Both the position numbers and the translations under genes were made by a program. Positions 1-10,996 of a stretch of DNA of 64,000 nt are shown here, one piece after another (position 1 is the stretch's first letter; each line of letters starts with the position of its first letter). The stretch is from positions 357,207-421,206 of the forward strand of contig CAXXYE010000003.1 in assembly GCA_963674865.2 (NCBI GenBank), in the 5' to 3' direction. A model generated the notes under the pieces. That model ran no database searches, was not told the DNA's origin, and saw nothing but the letters and a program-made list of their open reading frames with translations. Source of the stretch: Candidatus Hydrogenedentota bacterium (lineage in GTDB: Bacteria > Hydrogenedentota > Hydrogenedentia > Hydrogenedentales > SLHB01).

Positions 1-896
1 ATCGGGACCTCGCCGGGGAGTTGACGACGGCCGTCAAGGCGAAGGGACTCAAAATGGGCTTCTACTACTCCTTCTACGAGTGGTACAACCCCCTCTACCA
101 GTCGAATGTCGAGCGGTATGTCGAGGAGCATATGCTGCCTCAGATGAAGGACTTAGTCAGCCGCTACGAGCCGTCCATCGTCTGGCCCGACGGCGAATGG
201 GACCACCCAAGCGAGGTATGGCGAAGCACCGAGTTCCTTGAGTGGCTGTTCAACGAGTCGGCGGTTAAAGATGAAGTCGTCGTAAACGACCGGTGGGGCA
301 AGGGGTGTCGCAGCCACCATGGCGACTTCTACACCACCGAGTACGGCAAGTATGCCGAGATGGACCAGATTGGCGCCCAACATAAATGGGAGGAATGCCG
401 CGGCATCGGTGCGTCCTTCGGCTACAACCGTAACGAAGGTGTGGACGACTACGCCTCGCCGGCGGCCCTCGTCCACATGCTGATCGAAACCGTATGTCGC
501 GGCGGCAACCTGCTCCTCGATATCGGGCCTACCGCCGATGGGCGTATCCCCGTCATCATGCAAGACCGGCTCATCGACCTCGGGAAATGGCTCGAAGTCA
601 ATGGTGAAGCCATCTACGGCTCACGGCCTTGGCGCCAGGTGGCTGAAGGCGACAACATTCGCTACACCGCGAGAGACGGCAAAGTCTACGCGATCTGCCT
701 GACCTGGCCCGGCGATGAGCTGGTTCTCGCTACGCCGCGGCCTGCGCCCAGCGCCGAGGTCCGCCTGCTGGGCTATGAAAGGCCGCTTGCCTGGCGGCTG
801 GAGGACGGCACAATCTACGTGGATCTCTCCGGCATAGGCCCGGACGCCGTCACCTGCGAGCACGCATACGTTTTCGAGATGAAAAGCGTCAACTGA
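1..896 (+). CDS. Alpha-L-fucosidase (GH29), 5'-truncated by window edge
   Basis: Frame is open upstream of the TTG at 21 (RDLAGEL). GH29 motifs: YEPSIVWPDGEW, VVVNDRWG, WEECRGIGASFGYN, GGNLLLDIGP, WLEVNGEAIYGSRPW. Confidence 0.9.
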   Translation, partial: RDLAGELTTAVKAKGLKMGFYYSFYEWYNPLYQSNVERYVEEHMLPQMKDLVSRYEPSIVWPDGEWDHPSEVWRSTEFLEWLFNESAVKDEVVVNDRWGKGCRSHHGDFYTTEYGKYAEMDQIGAQHKWEECRGIGASFGYNRNEGVDDYASPAALVHMLIETVCRGGNLLLDIGPTADGRIPVIMQDRLIDLGKWLEVNGEAIYGSRPWRQVAEGDNIRYTARDGKVYAICLTWPGDELVLATPRPAPSAEVRLLGYERPLAWRLEDGTIYVDLSGIGPDAVTCEHAYVFEMKSVN

Positions 897-1044
897 CCTG
901 CTTCTCTCTCGGCACTGCGCCGAGACTGCGCGCATGTTCTGTCGTCTGCATCACGAACCTACTCTTGGTGGACCTGGCACAACGCCGCGTGGCCCTCACG
1001 CGCCACCTGCCATCTTCCTTGCCTTACAGGCCGGCATGTGATAA

Positions 1045-1060
1045 ACTACTATCTTGTAGT
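1045..1060. promoter_or_regulatory. Perfect palindrome ACTAC-N6-GTAGT, candidate autoregulatory operator of the NifA-like activator
   Basis: actac tatctt gtagt ends 46 bp before the ATG at 1107. Related boxes occur at 2896 and 2927. Confidence 0.55.
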
Positions 1061-1106
1061 ATATGGTTTGCTTTCATACGTTGGCGTACTTTTGGGAGTC
1101 TAGGAT

Positions 1107-2684
1107 ATGTCCCGCAAGCCCTCGGGTCCTCAGTTTCGACGGGAAGTCAGCGAATTGGCGCTGCTTTTTGAGATTAGTCAGCTGCTCGATGAGAGCCTAG
1201 AGTTGCGCGATGCCTTCGGCCCCGTTCTTCAGGCTATTGCCGATAATACTCCTATGGTAAGGGGCACCTTGGCTCTGTATAGCCGCCAAACGGGGGAAAT
1301 CACCATCGAAGCCGCCCACGGCCTGTCGCGGTCACAGCAGGAGCGAGGCCGGTATCGGCCAGGCGAGGGAGTGACGGGCCGCGTAGTCGAGACGGGCAGG
1401 CCCATGGCCATACCGCGCATCGCGGAGGACCCCATGTTTCTCGACCGAACGCGGGCGCGGAAGAATCTCAAGAAAGAGAACATCTCGTTTATCTGCGTTC
1501 CCATCAAGATCGGCCAGGAAGTTGTGGGGGCCTTGAGCGTCGATTCGCTTTTCGAGGACTCCGTTTCCCTTGACGAAGACGTCCGCCTCCTTACCATCAT
1601 CGCTTCCCTCGTTGCCCGTGCCGTTCGGGTGCGCCAGGAGCGTCTCGAAGACCGCCAGCGTCTGCTCGACGAGAACGCGCGGTTGCAGCAGGAATTGAAG
1701 GATCGATTCCGCCCGGCCAACATTGTCGGCCGTTCAAGCGCAATGCAAGAGGTCTTCGACCAGATAAGTCAGGTGGCCAAGAGCAACGTTACGGTCCTTA
1801 TCCTCGGCGAAAGCGGTACCGGCAAAGAACTTGTGGCCAATGCCATACACTACAACAGCCTCCGCGCAGAGAAACCTTTCATTCGAGTTAACTGCGCCGC
1901 GCTGCCCGAGTCCGTCATAGAAAGCGAGCTGTTCGGACACGAGAAGGGCGCGTTCACAGGGGCCGTGGCCCAGCGTAAGGGGCGTTTCGAACTCGCCCAC
2001 CAAGGCACCATATTCCTCGACGAGATTGGCGATCTGCCCCCCGCCACTCAGGTGCACCTCCTCCGCGTTTTGCAGGAGAAGGAGTTCGAACGCGTCGGCG
2101 GCAGCGAGACGATTCGTACGGATGTCCGCGTCATTGCGGCGACAAACAGGGACCTGGAGGAACTGATGGCTCGCGGTGAGTTCCGCCAAGACCTTTTCTA
2201 CCGCCTTAACGTGTTCCCCATTCGCGTGCCGCCCCTGCGTGAACGGCGGTCGGATGTTCTACTCCTCGCCGACTATTTCATTGAGAAATGCAGCAAAGCG
2301 AACCACAAGAACATCCGGCGCATCTCGACGCCGGCCATCGATATGATCACGCGGTATCATTGGCCCGGCAACGTCAGAGAATTGGAGAATTGCATCGAGC
2401 GGGCCGTCCTCATGAGCACGGACGACGTGGTCCATGGGCACCATCTCCCGCCGACGCTCCAGACGGCTGAATCCAGCGGCACCATTATGCATGAAACCTT
2501 GCAAGGCAAGCTGGACGCTGTCGAGCGCGAGATGATCGTCGAGGCGCTCAAGAACACCCGGGGCAACATGGCCAAGGCCGCGAGCGCGCTCGGGATAACG
2601 GAGCGCATCATGGGTTTGAGGATGCGGAAGCACGGGATTGACTACAAGCAGTACCGCACGAGGCGATTGACACACGCCAACTAG
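1107..2684 (+). CDS. NifA-like sigma-54-dependent activator (GAF-AAA+-Fis HTH)
   Basis: N-terminal GAF domain (GEGVTGRV...FICVPI), Walker [15 protein letters not shown] loop, [18 protein letters not shown]-terminal HTH ([12 protein letters not shown]). Confidence 0.92.
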   Translation: MSRKPSGPQFRREVSELALLFEISQLLDESLELRDAFGPVLQAIADNTPMVRGTLALYSRQTGEITIEAAHGLSRSQQERGRYRPGEGVTGRVVETGRPMAIPRIAEDPMFLDRTRARKNLKKENISFICVPIKIGQEVVGALSVDSLFEDSVSLDEDVRLLTIIASLVARAVRVRQERLEDRQRLLDENARLQQELKDRFRPANIVGRSSAMQEVFDQISQVAKSNVTVLILGESGTGKELVANAIHYNSLRAEKPFIRVNCAALPESVIESELFGHEKGAFTGAVAQRKGRFELAHQGTIFLDEIGDLPPATQVHLLRVLQEKEFERVGGSETIRTDVRVIAATNRDLEELMARGEFRQDLFYRLNVFPIRVPPLRERRSDVLLLADYFIEKCSKANHKNIRRISTPAIDMITRYHWPGNVRELENCIERAVLMSTDDVVHGHHLPPTLQTAESSGTIMHETLQGKLDAVEREMIVEALKNTRGNMAKAASALGITERIMGLRMRKHGIDYKQYRTRRLTHAN

Positions 2685-2895
2685 GCTGCGGCTCAGTCCT
2701 CTATGCTATAGGACCAGCCCGTTCATCGTGCCCGCTGCGGCGGTGTGCATTCAGTTGGGAGGGCGCCGGGCCAGTGAATTTCCCGAAGAGTTCGGCTTTC
2801 GAGCATGGTTCCCTGCGGTCTCGTGTTACCCTCATGGGGTTGAGCAACAAGCGGTTGAGGATCCGCCGCGCAACTCTGTGCATGGCACTCAGGAA

Positions 2896-2942
2896 ACTAC
2901 GCAATCGTAATAACAAGAGCAATAAAGCCACGGTTCTGTAGT
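2896..2942. promoter_or_regulatory. Tandem upstream activator sites (ACTAC-N6-GTAAT at 2896; GCCAC-N6-GTAGT at 2927)
   Basis: Two imperfect copies of the 1045 palindrome, 31 bp apart and ~120-170 bp upstream of a sigma-54 promoter. Confidence 0.55.
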
Positions 2943-3063
2943 TTTGTTGCGTATCCGGCTCGAATGTGCGGCCGCGGGATCAGATGACGCATAGGACTCG
3001 ATCAGGTAATTAGGCCTTACTGACGCAATGATTCACGACAAGGTTCACGGACGCATAGGGAGT

Positions 3064-3079
3064 TGGCATGACGATTGCA
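3064..3079 (+). promoter_or_regulatory. Sigma-54 (-24/-12) promoter of glnA
   Basis: TGGCATGACGATTGCA matches TGGCACG-N4-TTGCW with correct GG-N10-GC spacing. Confidence 0.85.
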
Positions 3080-3231
3080 AATGTTGCAGGAAAGCCCGTT
3101 TGCTGTCTTCCCTGACTCGGCGGGCGTCAACGTAAGGCACCGGGCAGTCCTTCATTTCAGGTGAAGCAGTGGATGGTTTCCCTTCCCGGCGCAACGCCAT
3201 CAACTTTGAAACGACAGGAGGAGTGAGCGCG

Positions 3232-4656
3232 ATGCGAAAAGATTTCAGCCCAAGCGACGTCCTGAAACTCTGTGAGAAGGAGGCAATTCAGTTCATCGAC
3301 TTGCGCTTCATGGACTTTCCGGGCCTGATGCAGCATTTCACGGTGCCCCTCGCGGAACTGACGGAAGATACGTTTTCTGAGGGCTTCGGATTTGACGGGT
3401 CCAGCATACGCGGCTGGCAGCAGATCCATGAGAGCGACATGCTCGTCGTCCCCGATCCTAAGACAGCCACCGTCGACCCCTTCGTCGAAATTCCGACGCT
3501 GATCCTCTACTGCAACATCCTCGATCCCATCACCAAAGAGCGGTACTCGCGCTGCCCCCGGAACATCGCCCTCAAGGCCGAGAACTACATGATGTCCACG
3601 GGGCTGGCCGATATCGCGTATTTCGGCCCCGAAGCGGAGTTCTTCATCTTCGACGATGTCCGGTTTGCCTCTGAGCCCAACGCGGCGTTCTACGAGGTGG
3701 ACAGCGTCGAGGGTATCTGGAACAGCGGCCGCGACGAGAACCCCAACTTGGGCAACAAGCTGCGCCACAAGGAAGGGTATTTCCCCGTCGCGCCGGCGGA
3801 TGCCACGAACGACCTCCGCAGCAGGATGGTTGCCACCATGATGGAATGCGGACTCACCATAGAGTGCCATCATCATGAGGTGGCCACCGGCGGCCAGGCC
3901 GAGATCGACATGCGCTTCGACGCCATGACGACCATGGCCGACAAGCTGACCATGTATAAGTACATCATCAAGATGGTCGCCCATCAGGCCGGCAAGAGCG
4001 TGACCTTCATGCCCAAGCCGCTTTTCGCGGACAACGGCTCCGGCATGCACACCCACCAGAGCCTTTGGAAGGACGGCAAGCCGCTCTTCGCGGGGGATAA
4101 GTACGCCGGCTTGAGCCAGGAAGCGCTGTGGTACATCGGCGGTCTCTTGAAACACGCCAAGGCCCTCGCGGCATTCACCAACCCGACCACGAATTCCTAC
4201 AAGCGCCTCGTACCGGGTTACGAAGCCCCCGTCAATCTGGCCTACTCGAGCCGGAACCGAAGCGCCTGTTGCCGTATCCCGATGTACTCCCCGAGCCCGA
4301 AGGCCAAGCGCGTCGAGTACCGCACGCCTGACCCCTCGTGCAACCCGTACCTGGCTTTCTCGGCCATGCTGATGGCCGGCCTCGACGGCATCCAGAACAA
4401 GATCGATCCGGGCGAGCCGATGGACAAGGACCTCTACGATCTGCCGCCCGAGGAGAAGGCGAAGATCGAGCAGGCCCCGGGAAGCCTCGGACAGGCCCTC
4501 GAGGAACTCGAGAAGGACAACGAGTTCTTGCTCAAGGGAGACGTATTCACCTCGGACGTGTTAAGCACCTGGATCGATTACAAGCGCGAGCGCGAAGTCG
4601 AGCAGGTGAACATTCGCCCGCACCCGTACGAGTTCTTCCTCTACTACGATATCTAG
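3232..4656 (+). CDS. glnA: Glutamine synthetase type I
   Basis: [54 protein letters not shown], adenylylation-type DLYDLP. ATG at 3232 follows AGGAGG. Confidence 0.97.
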   Translation: MRKDFSPSDVLKLCEKEAIQFIDLRFMDFPGLMQHFTVPLAELTEDTFSEGFGFDGSSIRGWQQIHESDMLVVPDPKTATVDPFVEIPTLILYCNILDPITKERYSRCPRNIALKAENYMMSTGLADIAYFGPEAEFFIFDDVRFASEPNAAFYEVDSVEGIWNSGRDENPNLGNKLRHKEGYFPVAPADATNDLRSRMVATMMECGLTIECHHHEVATGGQAEIDMRFDAMTTMADKLTMYKYIIKMVAHQAGKSVTFMPKPLFADNGSGMHTHQSLWKDGKPLFAGDKYAGLSQEALWYIGGLLKHAKALAAFTNPTTNSYKRLVPGYEAPVNLAYSSRNRSACCRIPMYSPSPKAKRVEYRTPDPSCNPYLAFSAMLMAGLDGIQNKIDPGEPMDKDLYDLPPEEKAKIEQAPGSLGQALEELEKDNEFLLKGDVFTSDVLSTWIDYKREREVEQVNIRPHPYEFFLYYDI

Positions 4657-4736
4657 TCGGCCGTACGAAGCGGCAAAGCACGGAGGTGGCGTAGAGGACC
4701 AAACGTCGCTGACAATATGGCGAAATGAATCCAGAT

Positions 4737-4779
4737 AGACAAAGGCCAGTGCCGTGTGGCGCGGGCCTTTGTCTGTTTT
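4737..4779 (+). terminator. Stem-loop downstream of glnA (terminator-like)
   Basis: AGACAAAGGCC...GGCCTTTGTCT followed by GTTTT. Confidence 0.55.
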
Positions 4780-4830
4780 GCTGGTAGCCCGTGTGCCACG
4801 GGGAGAAGTCGCCCCATGGCGTCGAAAGAT

Positions 4831-4860
4831 AGCGGCCCTTGAGACAAGGGCCGCTTATTT
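4831..4860 (+). terminator. Second stem-loop before gltB
   Basis: AGCGGCCCTT-GAGAC-AAGGGCCGCT followed by TATTT. Confidence 0.5.
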
Positions 4861-4943
4861 GCGAGAATGGGAGCCCCGCCGGAATCTCGGCGGTGGGCGT
4901 CTATCACGCCAGCAAGACCACTCGACAAAAGAGGTTGTTCCCG

Positions 4944-7900
4944 ATGCGACAAATTTCTGCTGAGGGGCTCTATGCCCCCTGTTTCGAGCACGACAGCTGC
5001 GGGGTTGGATTTGTGGCCAATTTGTCCGGCCCCCCCACCCATACCATCATCCGACAAGGCATTCAGGTACTTGAGAACCTGGTTCACCGCGGCGCTGCGG
5101 GCTGCGACCCCGATACGGGTGACGGCGCAGGCCTCCTGCTCCAAACGCCGCAACGCTTCTTCGCCGAACAGGCGGAGGCTCTTGGTTTTCACCTCCCCAC
5201 CGCGGGCGCTTACGCGGTGGGGATGCTTTTTATGCCCCACGATGCGAAAGACAGGGAGGCGTGCAGGAAGATCGTCGAGAAAGCCGCGGAGCACGATGGC
5301 GCCGCCGTCCTCGGTTGGCGAGACGTGCCCCGGAACTCCGAAGCCCTCGGCTGGCTGGCTCGGGAAAATGAACCTGTTATTCAGCAAGTATTTTTTCAGC
5401 GCCGTGAGGGGCTCGATGTCGACGGCTTCGAGCGGCGGCTCTACGTGATTCGGAAGGTCATCGAAAGCGCCGTTGCCGAGTCGGACATCCCCTCAAAGGA
5501 ACAGTTCTATATCGTGAGCCTGTCCGCCCGGACCATCTGTTACAAGGGCCTCATGCTGGCGCACCAAATGGACGCGTATTTCGAGGATCTCTCTGAGCCG
5601 TCTTTCGAGAGCCGGCTCGCCCTGGTTCACCAACGCTACAGTACGAACACCTTGCCGACCTGGCCCCTGGCGCAACCGTTCCGGTTCCTCGCGCACAACG
5701 GGGAGATCAACACCCTGCGCGGGAACATCAATATGATGACGTCCCGTGAGCCCCATCTGGCCAACTCCTATTTCGGGGAAGACATCAAGAAGCTCCTTCC
5801 CATTCTCACGCCGGGCACAAGCGACTCCGCCATGTTCGACAACGCCTTTGAGCTGCTCATTCGCACCGGGCGGACGCCCTCCCAGGCCATGATGATGATG
5901 ATCCCCGAGCCCTGGAGCGGCCATGAGAGCATGCCGGACGACCGCAAGGCCTTCTACGAGTACTACGCGTGCGCTCAGGAGCCTTGGGACGGCCCCGCCT
6001 CCATCGCCTTCACGGACGGCGTGCGCATTGGGGCTATTCTCGACCGAAATGGGCTCCGGCCTTCCCGCTACTGGGTGACGGACGACGACTTCGTCGTAAT
6101 GGCCTCCGAGGTCGGCGTGCTCGATATTCCTCAGGAGAAGATCGTCAAGAAAGGGCGGCTGCAGCCTGGCCGCATGTTTCTTATCGATACGGAAGAACAT
6201 CGGATCATCGATGACGAGGAAATCAAACAGCGTCTCTGCATCATGCGGCCCTACCGCCTCTGGCTGGATATGAACCGCATCGCGCTCCCTGAGAAGCCGG
6301 CGCCCATCGGCTGGCCGGAGCCCGAAGAGCCGCTGCTTCAACAACAACAGATCTTCGGCTACACGAGTGAGGATCTCGAGATCATCCTTGCGCCCATGGC
6401 CAATGAGGGCAAAGAGCCCATCGGCTCCATGGGCAATGACGCCCCGCTGGCCGTCTTGTCCAATCGCCCGCAGTTGTTGTTCAGCTACTTCAAACAGCTA
6501 TTCGCCCAGGTGACTAATCCTCCCATCGACCCCATTCGCGAAGAGCTCGTCATGTCGCTCGAAACGGACATCGGCCGCGACGGCAATTTGCTCGACGAGA
6601 CACCCGAGCATTGCCGCAAGCTGCATCTTATGTCTCCCATCCTTACCGATGCGCAGCTCGATTACCTGAAGAAGCTCGACCTCCCCGGACTCAAGGCGAA
6701 GAGCGTTAGCACCCTTTTCCCCGTGGACAAGGGACCCAAAGGCATGGCCCGCGCGCTGGACCGGATCTGCAAAGAAGCCTCTTCAGCAGTCGACGAGGGA
6801 TACGCGATCCTCATCCTCTCGGATCGCGGCGTCAACCGCGCCAATGCCCCCATCCCCAGCCTGTTGGCCACGAGTGCCGTGCATCAGCACCTCATTCGCG
6901 AGGCAAAACGCACGTTGTGCGACCTCGTCGTCGAATCCGGCGAGCCGCGCGAGGTGATGCATTTCGCCCTGCTTTCCGGCTACGGCGCCGCGGCCATCAA
7001 TCCCTACCTGGCCTACGAGTCGCTGGATGAACTGCGCCGCCAGGAGGCCGTCACTGAATCGCAGCGTGGGAAAGGAAAGAAGAACTACATCAAGGCCGTC
7101 GAAAAGGGCCTTCTCAAAACCATGTCCAAGATCGGGATCTCGACGCATCAAAGCTACCGCTTCGCGCAGATTTTCGAGGCCATTGGACTTAGCAACGAGC
7201 TTGTGGAGCGCCATTTCACCGGTACCGCCTCGCGGGTCGGCGGGATCGGTATCGAGGATGTTGCGAAGGAAACGCTGATGCGGCATGCTGTCGCGTATCC
7301 GGCGCGGCAGGCCAAATCCCCGGCCCTCGATCCTGGCGGCCAGTATCGCTGGCGCCGCCGCGGCGAATTCCATCAATACCGCCCCGAAACCATTGCCAAA
7401 CTGCAACACGCGGCCCGCACCAACGACTGGCAGGTGTACCAGGAGTTTGCCGAGGCCATCAACGATCGGGAACGCACCCTGGCCACGCTGCGCGGACTGT
7501 TTAAGTTCAAAGAGGCCACGGCCATCCCCCTTGAGGAGGTCGAGTCCGCAAAAGAAATCGTCAAGCGATTCTGCACCGGCGCCATGTCCTTCGGCTCGAT
7601 CAGCAAGGAGGCGCACGAAACTCTCGCCATCGCCATGAACCGCTTGGGCGGTCGCAGCAACACCGGCGAGGGCGGCGAAGACCCGGCTCGTTTTGAACCC
7701 GATGCCAACGGTGACCTGCGCCGGAGTTCCATCAAGCAGGTTGCCTCAGGGCGGTTCGGCGTCACCAACGAATACCTTGTCAACAGCGACGAATTGCAGA
7801 TCAAGATGGCCCAAGGCGCTAAGCCCGGCGAGGGCGGCCAGTTGCCCGGCCACAAGGTCTTTGAAGAGATCGGCCGCGTGCGCTACTCGATGCCGGGCGT

Positions 7901-9476
7901 CGAACTCATTTCGCCCCCGCCCCATCACGATATCTACTCCATCGAGGATCTTGCCCAGCTCATTCACGACCTCAAGAACGCGAACATCTACGGCAAAGTC
8001 TCTGTCAAACTCGTGGCCGAGGCGGGTGTGGGAACCATCGCCGCGGGCGTGGCAAAAGGCAAGGCCGACCTCGTGCTGATCAGCGGCCATGACGGCGGCA
8101 CGGGGGCGTCGCCGCTCAGCAGCATCAAACACGCCGGCCTCCCATGGGAACTGGGCCTGAGCGAGACCCATCAAGTACTCGTCGAGAACAACCTTCGCAG
8201 CCGTATTCGCGTGCAGGCTGATGGGCAGATGAAGACCGGCCGCGATGTGGCCATGGCCTTCCTCCTCGGCGCGGACGAAGTCGGCTTCGCCACGGCTCCC
8301 CTGGTGGTCTGCGGATGCGTGATGATGCGCAAGTGTCACAGCAACACCTGCCCCGTGGGCATCGCCACTCAAGATCCGAAACTCCGGCGGAAGTTCGCCG
8401 GCAAACCGGAGCACGTCGTCAACTACTTCTTCTTCGTGGCGGAGGAACTCCGCAGGATCATGGCATCCCTCGGATTCCGCACCGTGAACGAGATGATCGG
8501 CCGCTCCGATCTCCTCGAATTCGACCCCCTGCCCGACCACTGGAAGGCCAAGACACTCGACCTGTCCCGTGTCTTGAGGGCGCCGGAGCCCTGGGAGGGC
8601 GAGACGCTCTACTGCAGCCAACAGCAAGATCATGACATCGAGAAGGCACTGGACCACGAACTCATCAAGAAAGCCCAGCCCGCCATCGAACGCAAGGCGC
8701 CCGTGCGCTTCAAGCAAGAGGTACGCAACATCTACCGCACCGTCGGTACCATACTCTCGAGCGAGCTAACCAGGCGTCACCATCTGGGCATGTACAGCGG
8801 AGTGCTGCCCAGCGACACCGTGTGGGTGGACTGCAAAGGGTGCGCGGGCCAGAGCTTTGGCGCCTTTGTCATCCGCGGCGTGACGCTCTGTCTTGAGGGC
8901 GAGGCGAACGACTACCTCGGAAAGGGGCTGTCGGGAGGCCGGATAATTGCTTATCCGCCCACGGAGTCCAGGATTGTCGCCGAAGACAACATCATCGTCG
9001 GCAATGTGGCGCTTTATGGCGCCACCGGCGGCGACTGCTACTTCCGCGGCATCGCGGGCGAGCGGTTCTGCGTGCGCAATAGCGGCGCCTGGGCCGTTGT
9101 TGAGGGCGTCGGCGACCACGCTTGCGAGTACATGACCGGCGGCCGCGCCGTCATTCTCGGCCCCACGGGCCGCAACTTCGCCGCGGGAATGAGCGGCGGC
9201 ATCGCCTTTGTGTATGACGAGAACGGCACGTTTGACTCGCGCTGTAATACCGGCATGGTTGACCTGAAGCCGCTCCATGAAGCCAGCATCTCCGAGCTTC
9301 GGATGATGATCGAAAACCACTACCGATACACCGCCAGCGTGGTCGCGAAACGCATCCTCGATGATTGGGAGCCATCCCTGGCCAAGTTTGTTCGAGTGAT
9401 GCCGCGGGCATACGCCCGCGTGATGCGCGCGCAGCGTGAACGCGAAACCGAGGAGGTCACGCATGTCCCCCAGTAG
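4944..9476 (+). CDS. gltB: Glutamate synthase large subunit
   Basis: EHDSCGVGF Ntn start, HNGEINTLRGN, QIKMAQGAKPGEGGQLPG, CVMMRKCHSNTCP 3Fe-4S motif, GXGXG C-domain. ATG at 4944 follows GAGGT. Confidence 0.97.
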   Translation: MRQISAEGLYAPCFEHDSCGVGFVANLSGPPTHTIIRQGIQVLENLVHRGAAGCDPDTGDGAGLLLQTPQRFFAEQAEALGFHLPTAGAYAVGMLFMPHDAKDREACRKIVEKAAEHDGAAVLGWRDVPRNSEALGWLARENEPVIQQVFFQRREGLDVDGFERRLYVIRKVIESAVAESDIPSKEQFYIVSLSARTICYKGLMLAHQMDAYFEDLSEPSFESRLALVHQRYSTNTLPTWPLAQPFRFLAHNGEINTLRGNINMMTSREPHLANSYFGEDIKKLLPILTPGTSDSAMFDNAFELLIRTGRTPSQAMMMMIPEPWSGHESMPDDRKAFYEYYACAQEPWDGPASIAFTDGVRIGAILDRNGLRPSRYWVTDDDFVVMASEVGVLDIPQEKIVKKGRLQPGRMFLIDTEEHRIIDDEEIKQRLCIMRPYRLWLDMNRIALPEKPAPIGWPEPEEPLLQQQQIFGYTSEDLEIILAPMANEGKEPIGSMGNDAPLAVLSNRPQLLFSYFKQLFAQVTNPPIDPIREELVMSLETDIGRDGNLLDETPEHCRKLHLMSPILTDAQLDYLKKLDLPGLKAKSVSTLFPVDKGPKGMARALDRICKEASSAVDEGYAILILSDRGVNRANAPIPSLLATSAVHQHLIREAKRTLCDLVVESGEPREVMHFALLSGYGAAAINPYLAYESLDELRRQEAVTESQRGKGKKNYIKAVEKGLLKTMSKIGISTHQSYRFAQIFEAIGLSNELVERHFTGTASRVGGIGIEDVAKETLMRHAVAYPARQAKSPALDPGGQYRWRRRGEFHQYRPETIAKLQHAARTNDWQVYQEFAEAINDRERTLATLRGLFKFKEATAIPLEEVESAKEIVKRFCTGAMSFGSISKEAHETLAIAMNRLGGRSNTGEGGEDPARFEPDANGDLRRSSIKQVASGRFGVTNEYLVNSDELQIKMAQGAKPGEGGQLPGHKVFEEIGRVRYSMPGVELISPPPHHDIYSIEDLAQLIHDLKNANIYGKVSVKLVAEAGVGTIAAGVAKGKADLVLISGHDGGTGASPLSSIKHAGLPWELGLSETHQVLVENNLRSRIRVQADGQMKTGRDVAMAFLLGADEVGFATAPLVVCGCVMMRKCHSNTCPVGIATQDPKLRRKFAGKPEHVVNYFFFVAEELRRIMASLGFRTVNEMIGRSDLLEFDPLPDHWKAKTLDLSRVLRAPEPWEGETLYCSQQQDHDIEKALDHELIKKAQPAIERKAPVRFKQEVRNIYRTVGTILSSELTRRHHLGMYSGVLPSDTVWVDCKGCAGQSFGAFVIRGVTLCLEGEANDYLGKGLSGGRIIAYPPTESRIVAEDNIIVGNVALYGATGGDCYFRGIAGERFCVRNSGAWAVVEGVGDHACEYMTGGRAVILGPTGRNFAAGMSGGIAFVYDENGTFDSRCNTGMVDLKPLHEASISELRMMIENHYRYTASVVAKRILDDWEPSLAKFVRVMPRAYARVMRAQRERETEEVTHVPQ

Positions 9477-10971
9477 TAAGAAAGAGGGTCGTTTCCCCAG
9501 CAAAGAAAAGGGTTTCATGGCCTTCAAGCGGGAACTCCCGCCCAATGAGCCGGTTCATGAGCGGATCAAGCATTACCACGAGTTCGTGGGGGAGTTCACG
9601 GCGGAACGCGTGCGGGAGCAGGCCTTCCGCTGCATGAACTGCGGCGTGCCCTTTTGCCACAATGGCTGCCCCCTGGGCAACATCATCCCCGACTTCAACG
9701 ACCTCGTGAAGGACAACAAGTGGCGCGAAGCGCTTGACCTCCTGCACTCAACCAACAACTTCCCGGAGTTCACGGGCCGCGTCTGCCCGGCGCCATGCGA
9801 GGCCGCTTGCGTCCTCGGCATCAACGAGCCGCCCGTCAGTATTGAACTTATCGAGCGGGCCATTGTCCAGCGTGGCTGGAAAGAAGACTGGATCAAGCCT
9901 GAACCTCCCGAGGCCCGGACGGAGAAGCGCGTAGCTGTGGTGGGCTCAGGCCCGGCCGGCCTCGCCGCCGCCCAGCAGTTGAACCGGGCGGGGCACTCGG
10001 TAACGCTCTTCGAACGCGCCGACGAGCCAGGCGGCCTTCTGATGTACGGCATCCCCGACTTCAAACTCGGCAAAGAATCGGTGAAGCGGCGTGTCGAGCA
10101 GATGCGTGCCGAAGGCGTCGAGTTCCGATGCGGCGTGAACGTCGGCAAAGATGTTTCCGCCAAAGCGCTTGCCGATGAGTACGACGCCGTACTGCTGACT
10201 ATTGGCTCAACCCATTCCCGCGATCTGAGTATCCCGGGACGCGACCTCAAGGGCATTCACCTGGCGATGGAGTTCTTGCCGCAAGAGAACCGCCGCGTCG
10301 CCGGGAAAGAGGTCCTGGGCGAGGCGCTCACCGCGAAGGACAAGAACGTCGTCATCCTTGGAGGAGGCGACACGGGCTCCGACTGCCTGGGCACCTCCAT
10401 CCGCCAGGGCGCGAAGCGCATATGGTGCCTCGAACTCCTGCCCGAGCCGCCCGTAGATAGAGCGCTGTCGAATCCCTGGCCGTACTGGCCTTTCATCCTG
10501 CGCACATCGTCGAGTCACGAAGAAGGCGGCGAAAGGGACTGGAGCGTCCTCACGAAGGAATTCTCCGGAACGAAGAAGGGCCATGTCGAGAAGCTCCATG
10601 CCGTGCGCATCGAGTGGGGCGAGCCGGATGCCACGGGCCGGCGCGCCATGAAGGAGATACCGGGAAGCGAGTTCACCCTCGAATGCGATCTGGTTCTGCT
10701 GGCGTTGGGATTCCTGCATCCCGAGCACGACACGGCCGTCAAGGATCTCGAACTCGAACTGGATAAGGCAGGCAATATCAAGAGCGACGACTGCTTCCAA
10801 ACCAGCCGCCCCGGCGTCTTCGCCGCGGGCGATGCGAGGCGTGGACAGTCTCTTGTCGTGTGGGCTATTCACGAGGGGCGCGAGGCCGCACGGTGCATCG
10901 ATATCGCGCTGATGGGCACTTCCGACCTTCCCAGCGCAACGGACTTCGGCTACTCAACGGCGGTCGGTTAG
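9463..10971 (+). CDS. gltD: Glutamate synthase small subunit
   Basis: RCMNCGVPFCHNGCP, GRVCPAPCE, GSGPAGL, GGGDTGSDC, GDARRGQSLVVWAI. Overlaps the gltB stop. Confidence 0.95.
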   Translation: MSPSSKKEGRFPSKEKGFMAFKRELPPNEPVHERIKHYHEFVGEFTAERVREQAFRCMNCGVPFCHNGCPLGNIIPDFNDLVKDNKWREALDLLHSTNNFPEFTGRVCPAPCEAACVLGINEPPVSIELIERAIVQRGWKEDWIKPEPPEARTEKRVAVVGSGPAGLAAAQQLNRAGHSVTLFERADEPGGLLMYGIPDFKLGKESVKRRVEQMRAEGVEFRCGVNVGKDVSAKALADEYDAVLLTIGSTHSRDLSIPGRDLKGIHLAMEFLPQENRRVAGKEVLGEALTAKDKNVVILGGGDTGSDCLGTSIRQGAKRIWCLELLPEPPVDRALSNPWPYWPFILRTSSSHEEGGERDWSVLTKEFSGTKKGHVEKLHAVRIEWGEPDATGRRAMKEIPGSEFTLECDLVLLALGFLHPEHDTAVKDLELELDKAGNIKSDDCFQTSRPGVFAAGDARRGQSLVVWAIHEGREAARCIDIALMGTSDLPSATDFGYSTAVG

Positions 10972-10996
10972 CCAGCCGCCGCTTTGCTCGCCGCCC

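Noticed and set aside
1107..2684. Evidence of nitrogen fixation (nifA)
   Set aside because: No nifHDK or other nif genes in the window; the context points to glnA control, so no gene symbol was assigned.
3157..4155. Long antisense or alternate-frame ORFs (also 12996-14108, 20007-21287, 47441-48763, 52281-53795 and others)
   Set aside because: Shadow ORFs of well-supported genes, expected from high-GC codon bias.
4782..4797. Sigma-54 promoter for gltB (TGGTAGCCCGTGTGCC)
   Set aside because: Only the GG-N10-GC spacing fits; the other consensus positions are poor in high-GC DNA.
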